A stretch of 57,941 nt of DNA. Source: Chthoniobacterales bacterium. Lineage in GTDB: Bacteria > Verrucomicrobiota > Verrucomicrobiia > Chthoniobacterales > UBA10450. Position 1 is the stretch's first letter. Every line of letters begins with the position of its first letter. Where the stretch lies: contig DAIOVO010000003.1 of assembly GCA_036758965.1 (NCBI GenBank), positions 1 to 57,941 of the forward strand. Direction: 5' to 3'. This document shows positions 30,088-39,043 of the stretch, one piece after another. The translations under genes and the position numbers were made by a program. Under the pieces are notes generated by a model. It had not been told where the DNA came from and made no database searches. It saw only the letters and a program-made list of their open reading frames with translations.

Positions 30088-30475
30088 ATGACCCAACGAA
30101 TTGCGGAAACGTCGCCACTCTTTCAGGCGAGAATAGGCGGTCTCTGTTGGTTGATGACTTTCATCACGAGTGCCTTCGCCATGTCGATCGGCGCCAGACT
30201 TATCGTGGCTCGCGATCCTCTTTCTCGGGATGGGCTCGACCGTGTTCAGCTACTTGTGGCTGAAGTCGCGCTATATTCCGCGGGCGCTCGCCATCTTGGG
30301 CATCTTCTCCTCGCTGCTCCTGGGAATCATGAGTTTAGTCACGATGGTTTTTCCGACCGTGTGGGACCGTGTGGGCATGCTCTACATGATGCCGATGGGT
30401 CTCTACGAAGTCGGCCTTGGCCTTTGGCTGCTCGTCAAAGGACTAAAAGCGCCTCTTTCGAGACTAGCTCAGTAA
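30088..30475 (+). pseudogene. DUF4386-family membrane protein remnant (internal deletion plus frame change)
   Basis: The N-terminal piece (MTQRIAETSPLFQARIGGLCWLMTFITSAF) is in frame 1. The C-terminal piece (LAILFLGMGSTVFSYLWLKSRYIPRALAILG...LWLLVKGLK) is in frame 2. The central region expected for this ~230 aa family is absent. Confidence 0.5.
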
Positions 30476-30497
30476 AGTCACACTAGAAGGAAATAGT

Positions 30498-32090
30498 ATG
30501 CCTGCAAATGTCACACTCGAACCGACTGCATCAACCTCGCCGCGCCACAAGGGTAGGATTCGCCTTCTCCCGAAACGCGTTTTCTATCTGATCCTCATTC
30601 TGATCGGGGGCTTCGCCACCCACGGCTGGGCCGCGGGGCGGCAAGAACCTGTCGAGACAGGAGAGCCGCATATGAAAGCTATCGTCTATACCGACTATGG
30701 GTCACCGGCCGTCCTCAAGCTCAGGGACGTCAAAAGGCCTGTACCTAACGACAATCAGATCTTGATCAAAGTTCTCGCGGCTTCCCTCAATCCACTCGAC
30801 TGGCACTTTACGGAAGGAACGCCCTACATTATGCGCGCGCTGGGGGTTGGCCTGCTCAAACCAAAGGATCCGCAGTTGGGTGTCGATTACGCTGGAACAG
30901 TGGAAACCGTTGGCAAAAACGTAACCAAATTCAAAATCGGTGATGAGGTATTTGGCGGGAAAACCGGCGCCTTCGCCGAGTATGTGTGTGTGCTCGCCGA
31001 TCGAGCCGTAGTGCTAAAACCGACGAACGTTAGCTTTGAGCAGGCGGCGGCTGTGCCGATCGCGGGAATCACTGCCTTGCAGGGCTTGCGTGACCAGGGA
31101 AAGGTGCAACCGGGGCAAAAGGTGCTGATTAACGGTGCCTCGGGCGGCGTTGGCACTTTCGCGGTCCAGATCGCCAGGTCATTCGGCGCCGAGGTCACCG
31201 GTGTGTGCAGCACAAGAAATGTGGACATGGTTCGATCACTCGGCGCAGATCAGGTGATTGATTACACCAAGGAGGACTTCACCAGGAGCGGGCGACATTA
31301 CGATCTAATCCTCGACAACGTTCCGAACCATTCGCTATCCGAAATCAGGCGCGTCCTAAGTCCCAAAGGAAAATACGTCATGATCGGAGGCGGAGGAGTA
31401 AGCGATGATCGGTGGATCGGACCTTTCGGCCGGGTGATAAGCACGCTCTTGTTCTCACCATTCGTGAGTCAGGACATGGACATGATGTTGGCGGAGTTGA
31501 ACCAAAAGGACCTCACTGTCCTGGGCGACCTGATGCAAGCTGGAAAGGTAAAGCCGGTTATCGACCGGCGTTACAAGTTAAGTCAGTTGCCAGAAGCCAT
31601 GCGTTATCTCGAAGCGGGCCACGCTCGAGGGAAAGTAGTAATTACTATTGGAGATAACAACGAAACCTCTCTCACCGATGCTAAAGGCGCCGTTGGTTCT
31701 GTCAGCACGCTTGGGCCCGTTCCCGTTGCGCTTACACTCATCGTCGTTCCTCTCGCCTTGCTAATTGCGCCGATCGTCATTGCGTTTGTTCTTAATCGTC
31801 GCTTTCAGCGGCGCAACCCGGGAAAACGATCCTACCGATGGGGCTACTATTTTAGTATCGTGTCGCTTATCGGCGGCATAAGTCTAGGCCTACTCCTCGA
31901 ATTTGGCCTTGGCGCCGTGATCATCTGCGGTTTCATCTACGCCATTCTGGCCTGGTTCTTCGCCCGGCGTCAGCCGTGGGCCTGGATCGCGCTGACGCTT
32001 TTCAGCTTCAACCCCATCGCCTGGGTCATCAATTTTTTCTATCTCCGAAAGCGCTGGGCGGAGGACTCTCTCGCCACCACAGGCACTTGA
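30498..32090 (+). CDS. zinc-type/MDR NAD(P)H quinone oxidoreductase fused to a C-terminal multi-TM domain
   Basis: The MDR core runs from [17 protein letters not shown] (alternative start 30672) to [10 protein letters not shown], with Rossmann motif INGASGGVG. About 140 further aa contain ~4 TM helices. The longer start at 30498 adds one more TM-like segment. Confidence 0.75.
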   Translation: MPANVTLEPTASTSPRHKGRIRLLPKRVFYLILILIGGFATHGWAAGRQEPVETGEPHMKAIVYTDYGSPAVLKLRDVKRPVPNDNQILIKVLAASLNPLDWHFTEGTPYIMRALGVGLLKPKDPQLGVDYAGTVETVGKNVTKFKIGDEVFGGKTGAFAEYVCVLADRAVVLKPTNVSFEQAAAVPIAGITALQGLRDQGKVQPGQKVLINGASGGVGTFAVQIARSFGAEVTGVCSTRNVDMVRSLGADQVIDYTKEDFTRSGRHYDLILDNVPNHSLSEIRRVLSPKGKYVMIGGGGVSDDRWIGPFGRVISTLLFSPFVSQDMDMMLAELNQKDLTVLGDLMQAGKVKPVIDRRYKLSQLPEAMRYLEAGHARGKVVITIGDNNETSLTDAKGAVGSVSTLGPVPVALTLIVVPLALLIAPIVIAFVLNRRFQRRNPGKRSYRWGYYFSIVSLIGGISLGLLLEFGLGAVIICGFIYAILAWFFARRQPWAWIALTLFSFNPIAWVINFFYLRKRWAEDSLATTGT

Positions 32091-32122
32091 AGGGTAGCGA
32101 AAAAGGATTCGGAAGGAAAAAC

Positions 32123-32196
32123 CGGAGTCTACGGGGCTCGAACCCGCAACCTCCGCCGTGACAGGGCGGCGCTCTAACCAATTGAGCTAAGACTCC
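32123..32196 (-). tRNA. tRNA-Asp (anticodon GUC), CCA not encoded
   Basis: Hand-folded. Acceptor GGAGTCT/AGACTCC, anticodon stem CCGCC/GGCGG with loop CTGTCAC, T-arm GCGGG-TTCGAGC-CCCGT. Confidence 0.85.
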
Positions 32197-32388
32197 TCGC
32201 GTAAAAGCGAAGCCACGATAGGGTCGAAGAGCAGAGCCTTCAACCGCTTTCCGCGTCGTGTGAATCTCCCGATCCGCCATCCTCACTTTGGAGAAGCAGG
32301 TTGTTGAGCGAGGGTGGGTGCCGTGCGCGGCCGGCACGAACAGCTTGCAGCCGCGAAAAACGCGCGGGTAAATCTAACGAGATACAGA

Positions 32389-33120
32389 ATGAAGAGGCGG
32401 CCGAAAAAACTGGAGTGCGCGATTCTGTTTCTTCATTTTCAGGATGACGCCGTTACCCGGCATCATTTGCGGCTGTTGCGCAAAATGAATCCGTTTCTAG
32501 TGATCCCAATTGTGCGCGGCAACCTGGGAGTGAAAGATGCAATCGATGTGCAGACGCCGGAGACGCAGGATTTTCGGGGTTGGCGTCATCCCGATATTCA
32601 CATCTACAATTGGTTTAAGCGCCGCGAGATTTCCGCCGAACGTTATGTTTGTCTGGAGTGGGATGTGTTTGCCAGTCAGCCCTTGAAGGAATTTTATGGT
32701 GCTCGCTGGGACGCGCCGGTGGTGGGAATGAACCTGCACAAGGTGGAATCGAGCGATTGGATGTGGTTTCGCGAAGCGCCGGAGTTGCCGCCAGAGCTTC
32801 GGCCTTTCGCGATGGGCATCGAGCCGCTTTCGCTGGTGTTGTTGCGTCACGAAGTGCTGGAGGCAATTTGTTCGCGGCCGATTCCGCCGGACATCTTTTG
32901 CGAGCTGCGGCTTGGCACGCTGGTGCGCGCGGCCGGATTTGCGGCGGTCGATTTTCCGGAGGCGCGCGAAACGGTGCGGTTCGGGCCAATGCGCAATATC
33001 ATTGATGCGGCTCCCGCAACCCCGGGAGTTTTTCACCCAGTGAAAGACCTGCTGCTGGCTCCGCCGCGCCGAGAAAAATTTTCGTTTCTCCGGCGAAACG
33101 GAGTCGCGGCCAGGAGCTGA
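32389..33120 (+). CDS. hypothetical protein
   Basis: 243 aa from MKRRPKK. No motif recognised. Confidence 0.5.
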   Translation: MKRRPKKLECAILFLHFQDDAVTRHHLRLLRKMNPFLVIPIVRGNLGVKDAIDVQTPETQDFRGWRHPDIHIYNWFKRREISAERYVCLEWDVFASQPLKEFYGARWDAPVVGMNLHKVESSDWMWFREAPELPPELRPFAMGIEPLSLVLLRHEVLEAICSRPIPPDIFCELRLGTLVRAAGFAAVDFPEARETVRFGPMRNIIDAAPATPGVFHPVKDLLLAPPRREKFSFLRRNGVAARS

Positions 33121-33169
33121 GGTTCCCGCTGTTCAACGATGTGCGATTGCGTCTAGAATCCGCTTCGGG

Positions 33170-34627
33170 ATGGAGAACGAAAGCGAACTGCTGGCTTTGC
33201 GCAGAGAAAAATTGGCCGCGTTGCAGGCACGAGGGGTCTCGCCTTTCGGCGCGGCCTATGAAACCAGTGGCGACATCGCATCCGTGGGTGAAAAATTCGC
33301 CGAGGGCGAGACGTTTCGCATTGCCGGCCGCATCACGGCCCACCGCGACATGGGGAAAAGTCATTTTCTCGATCTGCGCGATGCCAGCGGGCGCCTGCAA
33401 ATTTATGTGCAGGCAAAAGAGCTTGGCGCTGAAGCGATGGAAATTTTCCAATTGCTCGATCTGGGCGATTTCATTGGCGTAGAAGGAGCCTGTTTCACTA
33501 CCAAGACCGGCGAGCCGACGCTGAAGGTTCGCCACTTCGAACTGCTGGCGAAATCGCTGCGGCCGCTGCCGGAAAAATGGCACGGACTCCAGGATGTGGA
33601 AACGCGCTACCGGCAGCGCTATCTCGATCTGGCGACGAACGAACAAGCGCGCGCGGTCTTCGCGAAACGCTTCGTTATCCTGCGCGAGATTCGGCGTTTC
33701 CTTGAGGCGCGCGGTTTTGTGGAAGTGGAAACACCGATGCTACAGGCGGTCGCCGGCGGCGCGGCGGCGGAACCTTTCCGCACCAAGCACAAGGCGCTCG
33801 GGCTCGATCTTTATTTACGGATCGCGCCCGAGCTTTATCTCAAGCGGCTGCTGGTCGGTGGCTTCAACAAAGTCTTCGAGCTAAACCGGAACTTTCGCAA
33901 CGAAGGCATCTCCCGCCGCCACAATCCCGAGTTCACCATGCTGGAGGCTTACTGGGCTTATGCGGACTACGACAAAATCGCGAACATGGTCGAAGAGATG
34001 ATCTGTCACCTCGCGGAGCAGGTCGCGGGTGGACTACAAGTCGAGCATCGCGATGCGGAAGGAAACGTGACGCGCACTCTCAACCTCACGCAACCGTGGC
34101 GTCGAGCGCGTTATCGTGACCTGGTGCGCGAAGTTGCGGGCGCGGATTGGTTCGAACTATCGAGTGAACAACGGCGCGAGCGTGCCAGGTCGCTTGCGGT
34201 AGAGATGGGTCCACACCTGGCAGACTTCGAAGTGACCCAGCATGTGTTCGAGAAATTAGTGGAGGAAAAAACTTTCGATCCACTCTTTGTCACTCATTGT
34301 CCGAAGGAACTGGTGCCGCTCGCGAAACAAAACGTGGACGAACCCGACCTGGTGGATGTTTATGAGCTGATCATTAACGGGGTCGAGATTTCGCCCGGCT
34401 ACACGGAATTGAACGACCCGGTCGTGCAGCGCCAGCGGTTGCTCGCGCAAGCCGGCGAGGAAACACAGAAGATCGATGAAGATTTTCTGCTCGCTCTCGA
34501 ACACGGGATGCCCCCGGCCGGTGGCTTCGGTCTGGGCATCGACCGGCTCACGATGTTGTTGACTGGTGCGGAATCCATTCGTGATGTAATACTATTCCCG
34601 CTCTTAAAACCCAGACGAGTAACCTAA
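33170..34627 (+). CDS. lysS: lysine--tRNA ligase (class II)
   Basis: N-terminal OB anticodon-binding region and class II motifs (FRNEGIS..HNPEFT, GGFGLGIDRL); 485 aa. Confidence 0.93.
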   Translation: MENESELLALRREKLAALQARGVSPFGAAYETSGDIASVGEKFAEGETFRIAGRITAHRDMGKSHFLDLRDASGRLQIYVQAKELGAEAMEIFQLLDLGDFIGVEGACFTTKTGEPTLKVRHFELLAKSLRPLPEKWHGLQDVETRYRQRYLDLATNEQARAVFAKRFVILREIRRFLEARGFVEVETPMLQAVAGGAAAEPFRTKHKALGLDLYLRIAPELYLKRLLVGGFNKVFELNRNFRNEGISRRHNPEFTMLEAYWAYADYDKIANMVEEMICHLAEQVAGGLQVEHRDAEGNVTRTLNLTQPWRRARYRDLVREVAGADWFELSSEQRRERARSLAVEMGPHLADFEVTQHVFEKLVEEKTFDPLFVTHCPKELVPLAKQNVDEPDLVDVYELIINGVEISPGYTELNDPVVQRQRLLAQAGEETQKIDEDFLLALEHGMPPAGGFGLGIDRLTMLLTGAESIRDVILFPLLKPRRVT

Positions 34628-34635
34628 ATCTCGTT

Positions 34636-35508
34636 ATGTCCACCAAGTCTCCATCGCTGGCGCCAACGCAAAGCTCGGACGGGTTGCCCGGGCGTTTGCG
34701 CAGCGTGCCCCTTTTTGCCGCGCTCGACGATGCGGCCGTAGAAGAACTTTGCGGCCTGCTGCGTCTGGAGGAGCTCGAGCAAGGCACGCAACTCTTCCAC
34801 GTAGGCGATGCCGGGGACGCGATGTATTTCATCGAAGGCGGCGGCGTGCGCATTTGCGTGACTGATGCGGACGGGCGCGAGGTCACCCTGGCGGAACTGG
34901 GTGCGGGCGATTTTTTTGGCGAAATGGCAATGCTCGATGGCCACGGCCGCTCGGCCGACGCGGTGGTAACAGAGGACGCGCGCCTGGCCGTACTCACGCG
35001 CGAAAATTTTCTCTCCTTTGTCTCGAGCGACGCCCGGGTGGTGCTGGAGATGCTGGCCGCGATCACTCATCGCTTGCGGCGCACCGACGAGCTGCTGCGC
35101 CATCGAGTTTCGCGCAATGCCAATGAAGAAGATGCCGCCAATATCACCATTGCTGATCGGGCAGCGGATACGATCGCGCAGTTTGGGGGCAGTTGGAAAT
35201 TCATCGGCGTAAATGTCCTCTTTTTCTTTATCTGGATTGCGATCAATTCCTGGATGCTGCAGTCGAAAACGTTCGATCCCTTTCCTTATGTCCTGCTCAA
35301 TCTCGCCCTGGGCATGCTCACAGGCTTACAAGCCCCGATCATCCTGATGTCGCAAAACCGCGAAGCCCGGAAAGATCGTCTGCGTGCGGATCTTGATTAC
35401 CAGGTGAATTTAAAAAATGAGATGCTGCTGGGTGAGATCCTGCGTCGCCTCGAAACCCGGCATCTTCCCTCGCCGGGCGATAGGAGAGGCGAGGAGCATT
35501 TTCGCTAG
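34636..35508 (+). CDS. cyclic-nucleotide-binding domain protein fused to DUF1003 membrane domain
   Basis: cNMP motif FFGEMAMLDGHGRSADA. The DUF1003 region is FGGSWKFIG...FDPFPYVLLNLALGMLTGLQAPIILMSQNR. Confidence 0.8.
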   Translation: MSTKSPSLAPTQSSDGLPGRLRSVPLFAALDDAAVEELCGLLRLEELEQGTQLFHVGDAGDAMYFIEGGGVRICVTDADGREVTLAELGAGDFFGEMAMLDGHGRSADAVVTEDARLAVLTRENFLSFVSSDARVVLEMLAAITHRLRRTDELLRHRVSRNANEEDAANITIADRAADTIAQFGGSWKFIGVNVLFFFIWIAINSWMLQSKTFDPFPYVLLNLALGMLTGLQAPIILMSQNREARKDRLRADLDYQVNLKNEMLLGEILRRLETRHLPSPGDRRGEEHFR

Positions 35509-35711
35509 GGCAAAGTATAGCTGAACAGCAAGCGCCTTTGCGCACGACATGTAGCACTAGCGTCATGGAATACGTCAATACTCGTGGCGTATGACACAAC
35601 CGAAGCGCGAATAGAGTGCATATTGTTGGGTAACAGGGAGCAACGAACGGTCTAAATCTAATTCCGCGTTGGCGGCTCGAAGAAGGCATCGTTCCTGCTC
35701 GAAAAACCGGT

Positions 35712-36023
35712 ATGTTCACGATGCATTCGGCGCGGAAAGAGCAGCGCGAATTGGTGCGGCAGTTGGTCTATACCGTTATCACGCGCGACATGTCCACTTT
35801 TAATCCCGACCGGTTCAAGAGTTGGATCAAAGAGACCGATGCCAGGTTTCGCAAGGTGAGTTTAATGTTGCGCTTCGAGATACGTGATCGGGTAGTCTAT
35901 TTTCGGGTGAAAGAAATTCGCTCGGGCCGCGTCGTTTACGAGTTCGAAACGTCCACTCGGGTGCCATTTGATGATCGGGATGTGATCATGTCAGTGGAGG
36001 AAGGAACGCCAAGCTTGCGATAA
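35712..36023 (+). CDS. hypothetical protein
   Basis: 103 aa ORF, no motif recognised. Confidence 0.4.
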   Translation: MFTMHSARKEQRELVRQLVYTVITRDMSTFNPDRFKSWIKETDARFRKVSLMLRFEIRDRVVYFRVKEIRSGRVVYEFETSTRVPFDDRDVIMSVEEGTPSLR

Positions 36024-36109
36024 CGTGCAAGTTTGAGCTCGACGAATCCGCGACGCATTTCGCTGCGCTTTTGATTCGCCTCCGCCCGCGGTTTTGCTAA
36101 AGAAGATGG

Positions 36110-36586
36110 ATGAACGAACTCCTGGTTCCCACGGGCAGGAAAAACGATGAGCGCTGGCGGTTCTGGCGCGATGTGATGGTCTTCGAGCTCAAGATGTTCA
36201 TTGGCAACATGCGCGACTTTGCCCTCATTCCGATCTCGCTCGGCGCAGCCTTAATCGACCTGGTGTCCAAAGGCAAACGCGAAAGCTCGCTCTTCTATCG
36301 CGTTCTAAGATGGGGCGCACATAGCGAAGAAATACTCGACGCTTATAGTCCGATCAAGACGGAGCATGCCAGTATCAATCCCGACTACACGGTAGATGCA
36401 GTTATTGCGCGAATCGAAAATGTGCTGGTACGCGAATGTGAGAAAGGCGGAACGGCCGCCAGCATCAAAGCTGCCGTCGATCGCGCGATCGATCAGGTGC
36501 AGCAAGGCACTGGAACCCATCGGGAACGAGCGCGTGATGCCATTGACAAAGTAACTGAGAAACTCAGGTGGAAAGGTGGCGAGTAA
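36110..36586 (+). CDS. hypothetical protein (one TM-like segment)
   Basis: 158 aa ORF whose stop overlaps the start of the following GNAT gene. Confidence 0.45.
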   Translation: MNELLVPTGRKNDERWRFWRDVMVFELKMFIGNMRDFALIPISLGAALIDLVSKGKRESSLFYRVLRWGAHSEEILDAYSPIKTEHASINPDYTVDAVIARIENVLVRECEKGGTAASIKAAVDRAIDQVQQGTGTHRERARDAIDKVTEKLRWKGGE

Positions 36587-37043
36587 CCTTAAACCATCCA
36601 TGCCCGCGAGACGGAAAGAAGCGAGCACCCGGCGAGCTACCAAAGATGATGCGGCGGCCATCGCAGCCCTGGCAGAAGAGCTAGGTTACTCAAGCTCGGC
36701 TAGAGAGATCAACTCGCGTTTAAGAAAGCTAACCGATTCTGATCTGATCCTGGTGGCGGTCGATGACGACAACCGACTCCTGGGCTTTATCCAGGGCCAT
36801 ACCCTCTGCGTTATCGAAGCCGGATTCCGGGTGGAAATTCTTGGCCTGGTGGTTTCGTCGCGCGCGCGCCGCGCCGGCCTTGGAAAAAGATTAGTCGCAG
36901 AAGTAGAAGACTGGGCCAGAACAAGCGGGGCCGAAGCGGTATTAGTGCGAAGTAATACCAAACGAGTCGAGAGCCATCTTTTTTACCCGGCGCTCGGCTA
37001 CCAGACAATCAAAACACAGTCCGTTTACAAGAAAGCCTTGTAA
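36576..37043 (+). CDS. GNAT family N-acetyltransferase
   Basis: Acetyl-CoA binding motif VVSSRARRAGLGKRLV. GTG at 36576, or ATG at 36600. Confidence 0.8.
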   Translation: MASNLKPSMPARRKEASTRRATKDDAAAIAALAEELGYSSSAREINSRLRKLTDSDLILVAVDDDNRLLGFIQGHTLCVIEAGFRVEILGLVVSSRARRAGLGKRLVAEVEDWARTSGAEAVLVRSNTKRVESHLFYPALGYQTIKTQSVYKKAL

Positions 37044-37061
37044 GGACTGGGCACCAGGCAG

Positions 37062-37586
37062 CTAGGTCCGGCGCCCGGCCAAATGAGAAAGTGCCATCCC
37101 CATTGCTGCTACGCCGAGCGTCTTAATCAGCATTGGATGTTGCGCATAAATCTGACTTACTCGATCAACAATCGACGGATCATGTTTCTCTACCTGAGCG
37201 GCCGCTTGTTGCACCACTTCGGGTGGAACTTGCGCCGCTGCTTCCGGCGTGATCGCTCCGCTACTCATCCCAGGGATGTTAATTCCGGAGGATTGCGCGA
37301 GCTTGGCTACAATGCCGGCGGTCGCAGGGTTACTCAGCAAAGCGTTAAGTAGATCGGCGCGCTGGCTGCCACTCGAACTGCCGAAGAGCTGGCCTACCAT
37401 CTGGCCAAACGGAGGCGTTTGCTCGGAACGAAACATGCCGCCCAACGCAGAAGCGAGGGCGTTGGGCGGAGCAGCCTGCGCCGCCTGCTCAAAGTGAGAG
37501 TGCACTTCCTCCGGCGGCGCGGTTTGGCCGGGTTGCGAATAATTTTTGAGAACGCTAGCAATCGAATCCATCCAGCTCATGCCCAA
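37062..37586 (-). CDS. hypothetical protein
   Basis: 174 aa Ala/Gln/Gly-rich ORF, no motif recognised. Confidence 0.45.
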   Translation of the reverse strand: MGMSWMDSIASVLKNYSQPGQTAPPEEVHSHFEQAAQAAPPNALASALGGMFRSEQTPPFGQMVGQLFGSSSGSQRADLLNALLSNPATAGIVAKLAQSSGINIPGMSSGAITPEAAAQVPPEVVQQAAAQVEKHDPSIVDRVSQIYAQHPMLIKTLGVAAMGMALSHLAGRRT

Positions 37587-37768
37587 AGAATAGGTGGAAT
37601 CCCGGCAAAGGGAAGCGGGAATTTACCGGCAAAATGAGCGATTGGAACGAATGATTAATTCAGAAGTTCATCGAAATAAGGAATTTGTTGACGAACCGGG
37701 CGGCGCTTCTCAATCTCGGTGCCGCCGGCTTAACCATTACGCCGGCACAAACAACCAATACAAACCAA

Positions 37769-38212
37769 ATGAAAAAATCAATTCTATTACTAGCCAGCGT
37801 CGCCATTTCCGGCGTGTTTGCTGGACTTAGCTCAGCTCAAAGTGAAGCGCCTTATACCGAAGGCACCGTCTGGAATATTACCATGGTGAAAACCAAACCT
37901 GGCATGTCCGATGACTACCTTAAAGGTCTGACCAAGACCTTCAAAGGAACTTTGGATGAAGCCAAGAAGCAGAGCCTCGTCATGAACTACAAGGTTCTTT
38001 TGGGCGACTCGGCCACTCCGGGAGACTTCGATGTTCTGCTCATGGTGGAATACAAAAACATGGCCGCGTTCGATAATTTGCGTGAGAAAACCGATCCTAT
38101 CTTCAATAAGTTGATGGGGTCCGAGGATCAGCAACGCCAGACCGCGGTGAAGCGAATGGAGATTCGCGATATTCTGGGCGACAAGGTCATGCGCGAGATT
38201 ACGCTTAAGTAG
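37769..38212 (+). CDS. secreted hypothetical protein
   Basis: Signal peptide MKKSILLLASVAISGVFAGLSSAQ; 147 aa. Confidence 0.55.
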   Translation: MKKSILLLASVAISGVFAGLSSAQSEAPYTEGTVWNITMVKTKPGMSDDYLKGLTKTFKGTLDEAKKQSLVMNYKVLLGDSATPGDFDVLLMVEYKNMAAFDNLREKTDPIFNKLMGSEDQQRQTAVKRMEIRDILGDKVMREITLK

Positions 38213-38361
38213 GCAGCTAATTGGTGATGGCCGCCGGTGATCGGGCCGGATTGCCGGCGGCAAATCTTTTGGCTCCCCAGCTCGCCGTGCCGTTTTTGGG
38301 GCCGAGAAAAAATGATGGCCAAGCGGCCAGTTTCTGATTCAATAAGCTTGGGCGCGATTTT

Positions 38362-38952
38362 ATGGAAGGAAGCCGAATCACCAGCGAGGGAAAATCGACC
38401 CTCAGCACGTACATTGGTCTCGTCGTCGCGACCGTCCTCGTCGCCTGGGCGATTTACTTTTTCTTTTTGGCGCGAAAAGAAACCAAGGAGAGCACGGGCT
38501 TCGACCCCAATCGGCCGGTGCCGAGCGACGCCACCTTGAAAAGGCGATTAAAATCGGAGGAATATTTTGTCGTGCGCGAAGGCGGCAGCGAAATGCCTTT
38601 TCAAAACGATTTCTGGAACAACGAGCGCACCGGTATCTACGCCGATGTGATTACCGGTGAGCCACTCTTCGCTTCGCTGGATAAATACAATGACGGCACT
38701 GGCATGCTCGCATTTGCCAAACCGATTTCGAAAGACCTTCTATCCGAGAAACAGGATTCTTCGCACGACATGCAGCGCACCGAAGTGAGCGCCAAGCGCA
38801 GCAATGCTCACCTCGGTTACTTGTTCCCCGACCCGGCGTCTCCCACCGGCCAGCGCTACGCCGTCAGTTCTCCCGCCTTCCACTTTATCCCGGTGGAAGA
38901 AATGAAAATGCGCGGCTACGAGGCATTCCTTTCGCTGGTGGAAAAGAAATAG
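38362..38952 (+). CDS. membrane-anchored MsrB (SelR)-like protein lacking all catalytic and zinc cysteines
   Basis: N-terminal TM helix. The SelR fold is alignable by eye to E. coli MsrB, but RYCVNS is RYAVSS, GCGWPSF is GTGMLAF, HLGHVF is HLGYLF, and both CxxC pairs are lost. Confidence 0.7.
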   Translation: MEGSRITSEGKSTLSTYIGLVVATVLVAWAIYFFFLARKETKESTGFDPNRPVPSDATLKRRLKSEEYFVVREGGSEMPFQNDFWNNERTGIYADVITGEPLFASLDKYNDGTGMLAFAKPISKDLLSEKQDSSHDMQRTEVSAKRSNAHLGYLFPDPASPTGQRYAVSSPAFHFIPVEEMKMRGYEAFLSLVEKK

Positions 38953-39043
38953 AGTTGGCTCGAGCGATCGCCGGCTTAATCGAAAATAATTTTCGTAATC
39001 CGAAAACCGGCGATCGCGTTAAGGCTTTCACCTTTTCAGGTTT

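Noticed and set aside
32123-32196. tRNA-Asp as the integration site of a genomic island, given nearby degraded genes and hypotheticals.
   Set aside because: No integrase, no phage or plasmid genes, and no direct repeat of the tRNA 3' end were seen on either side.
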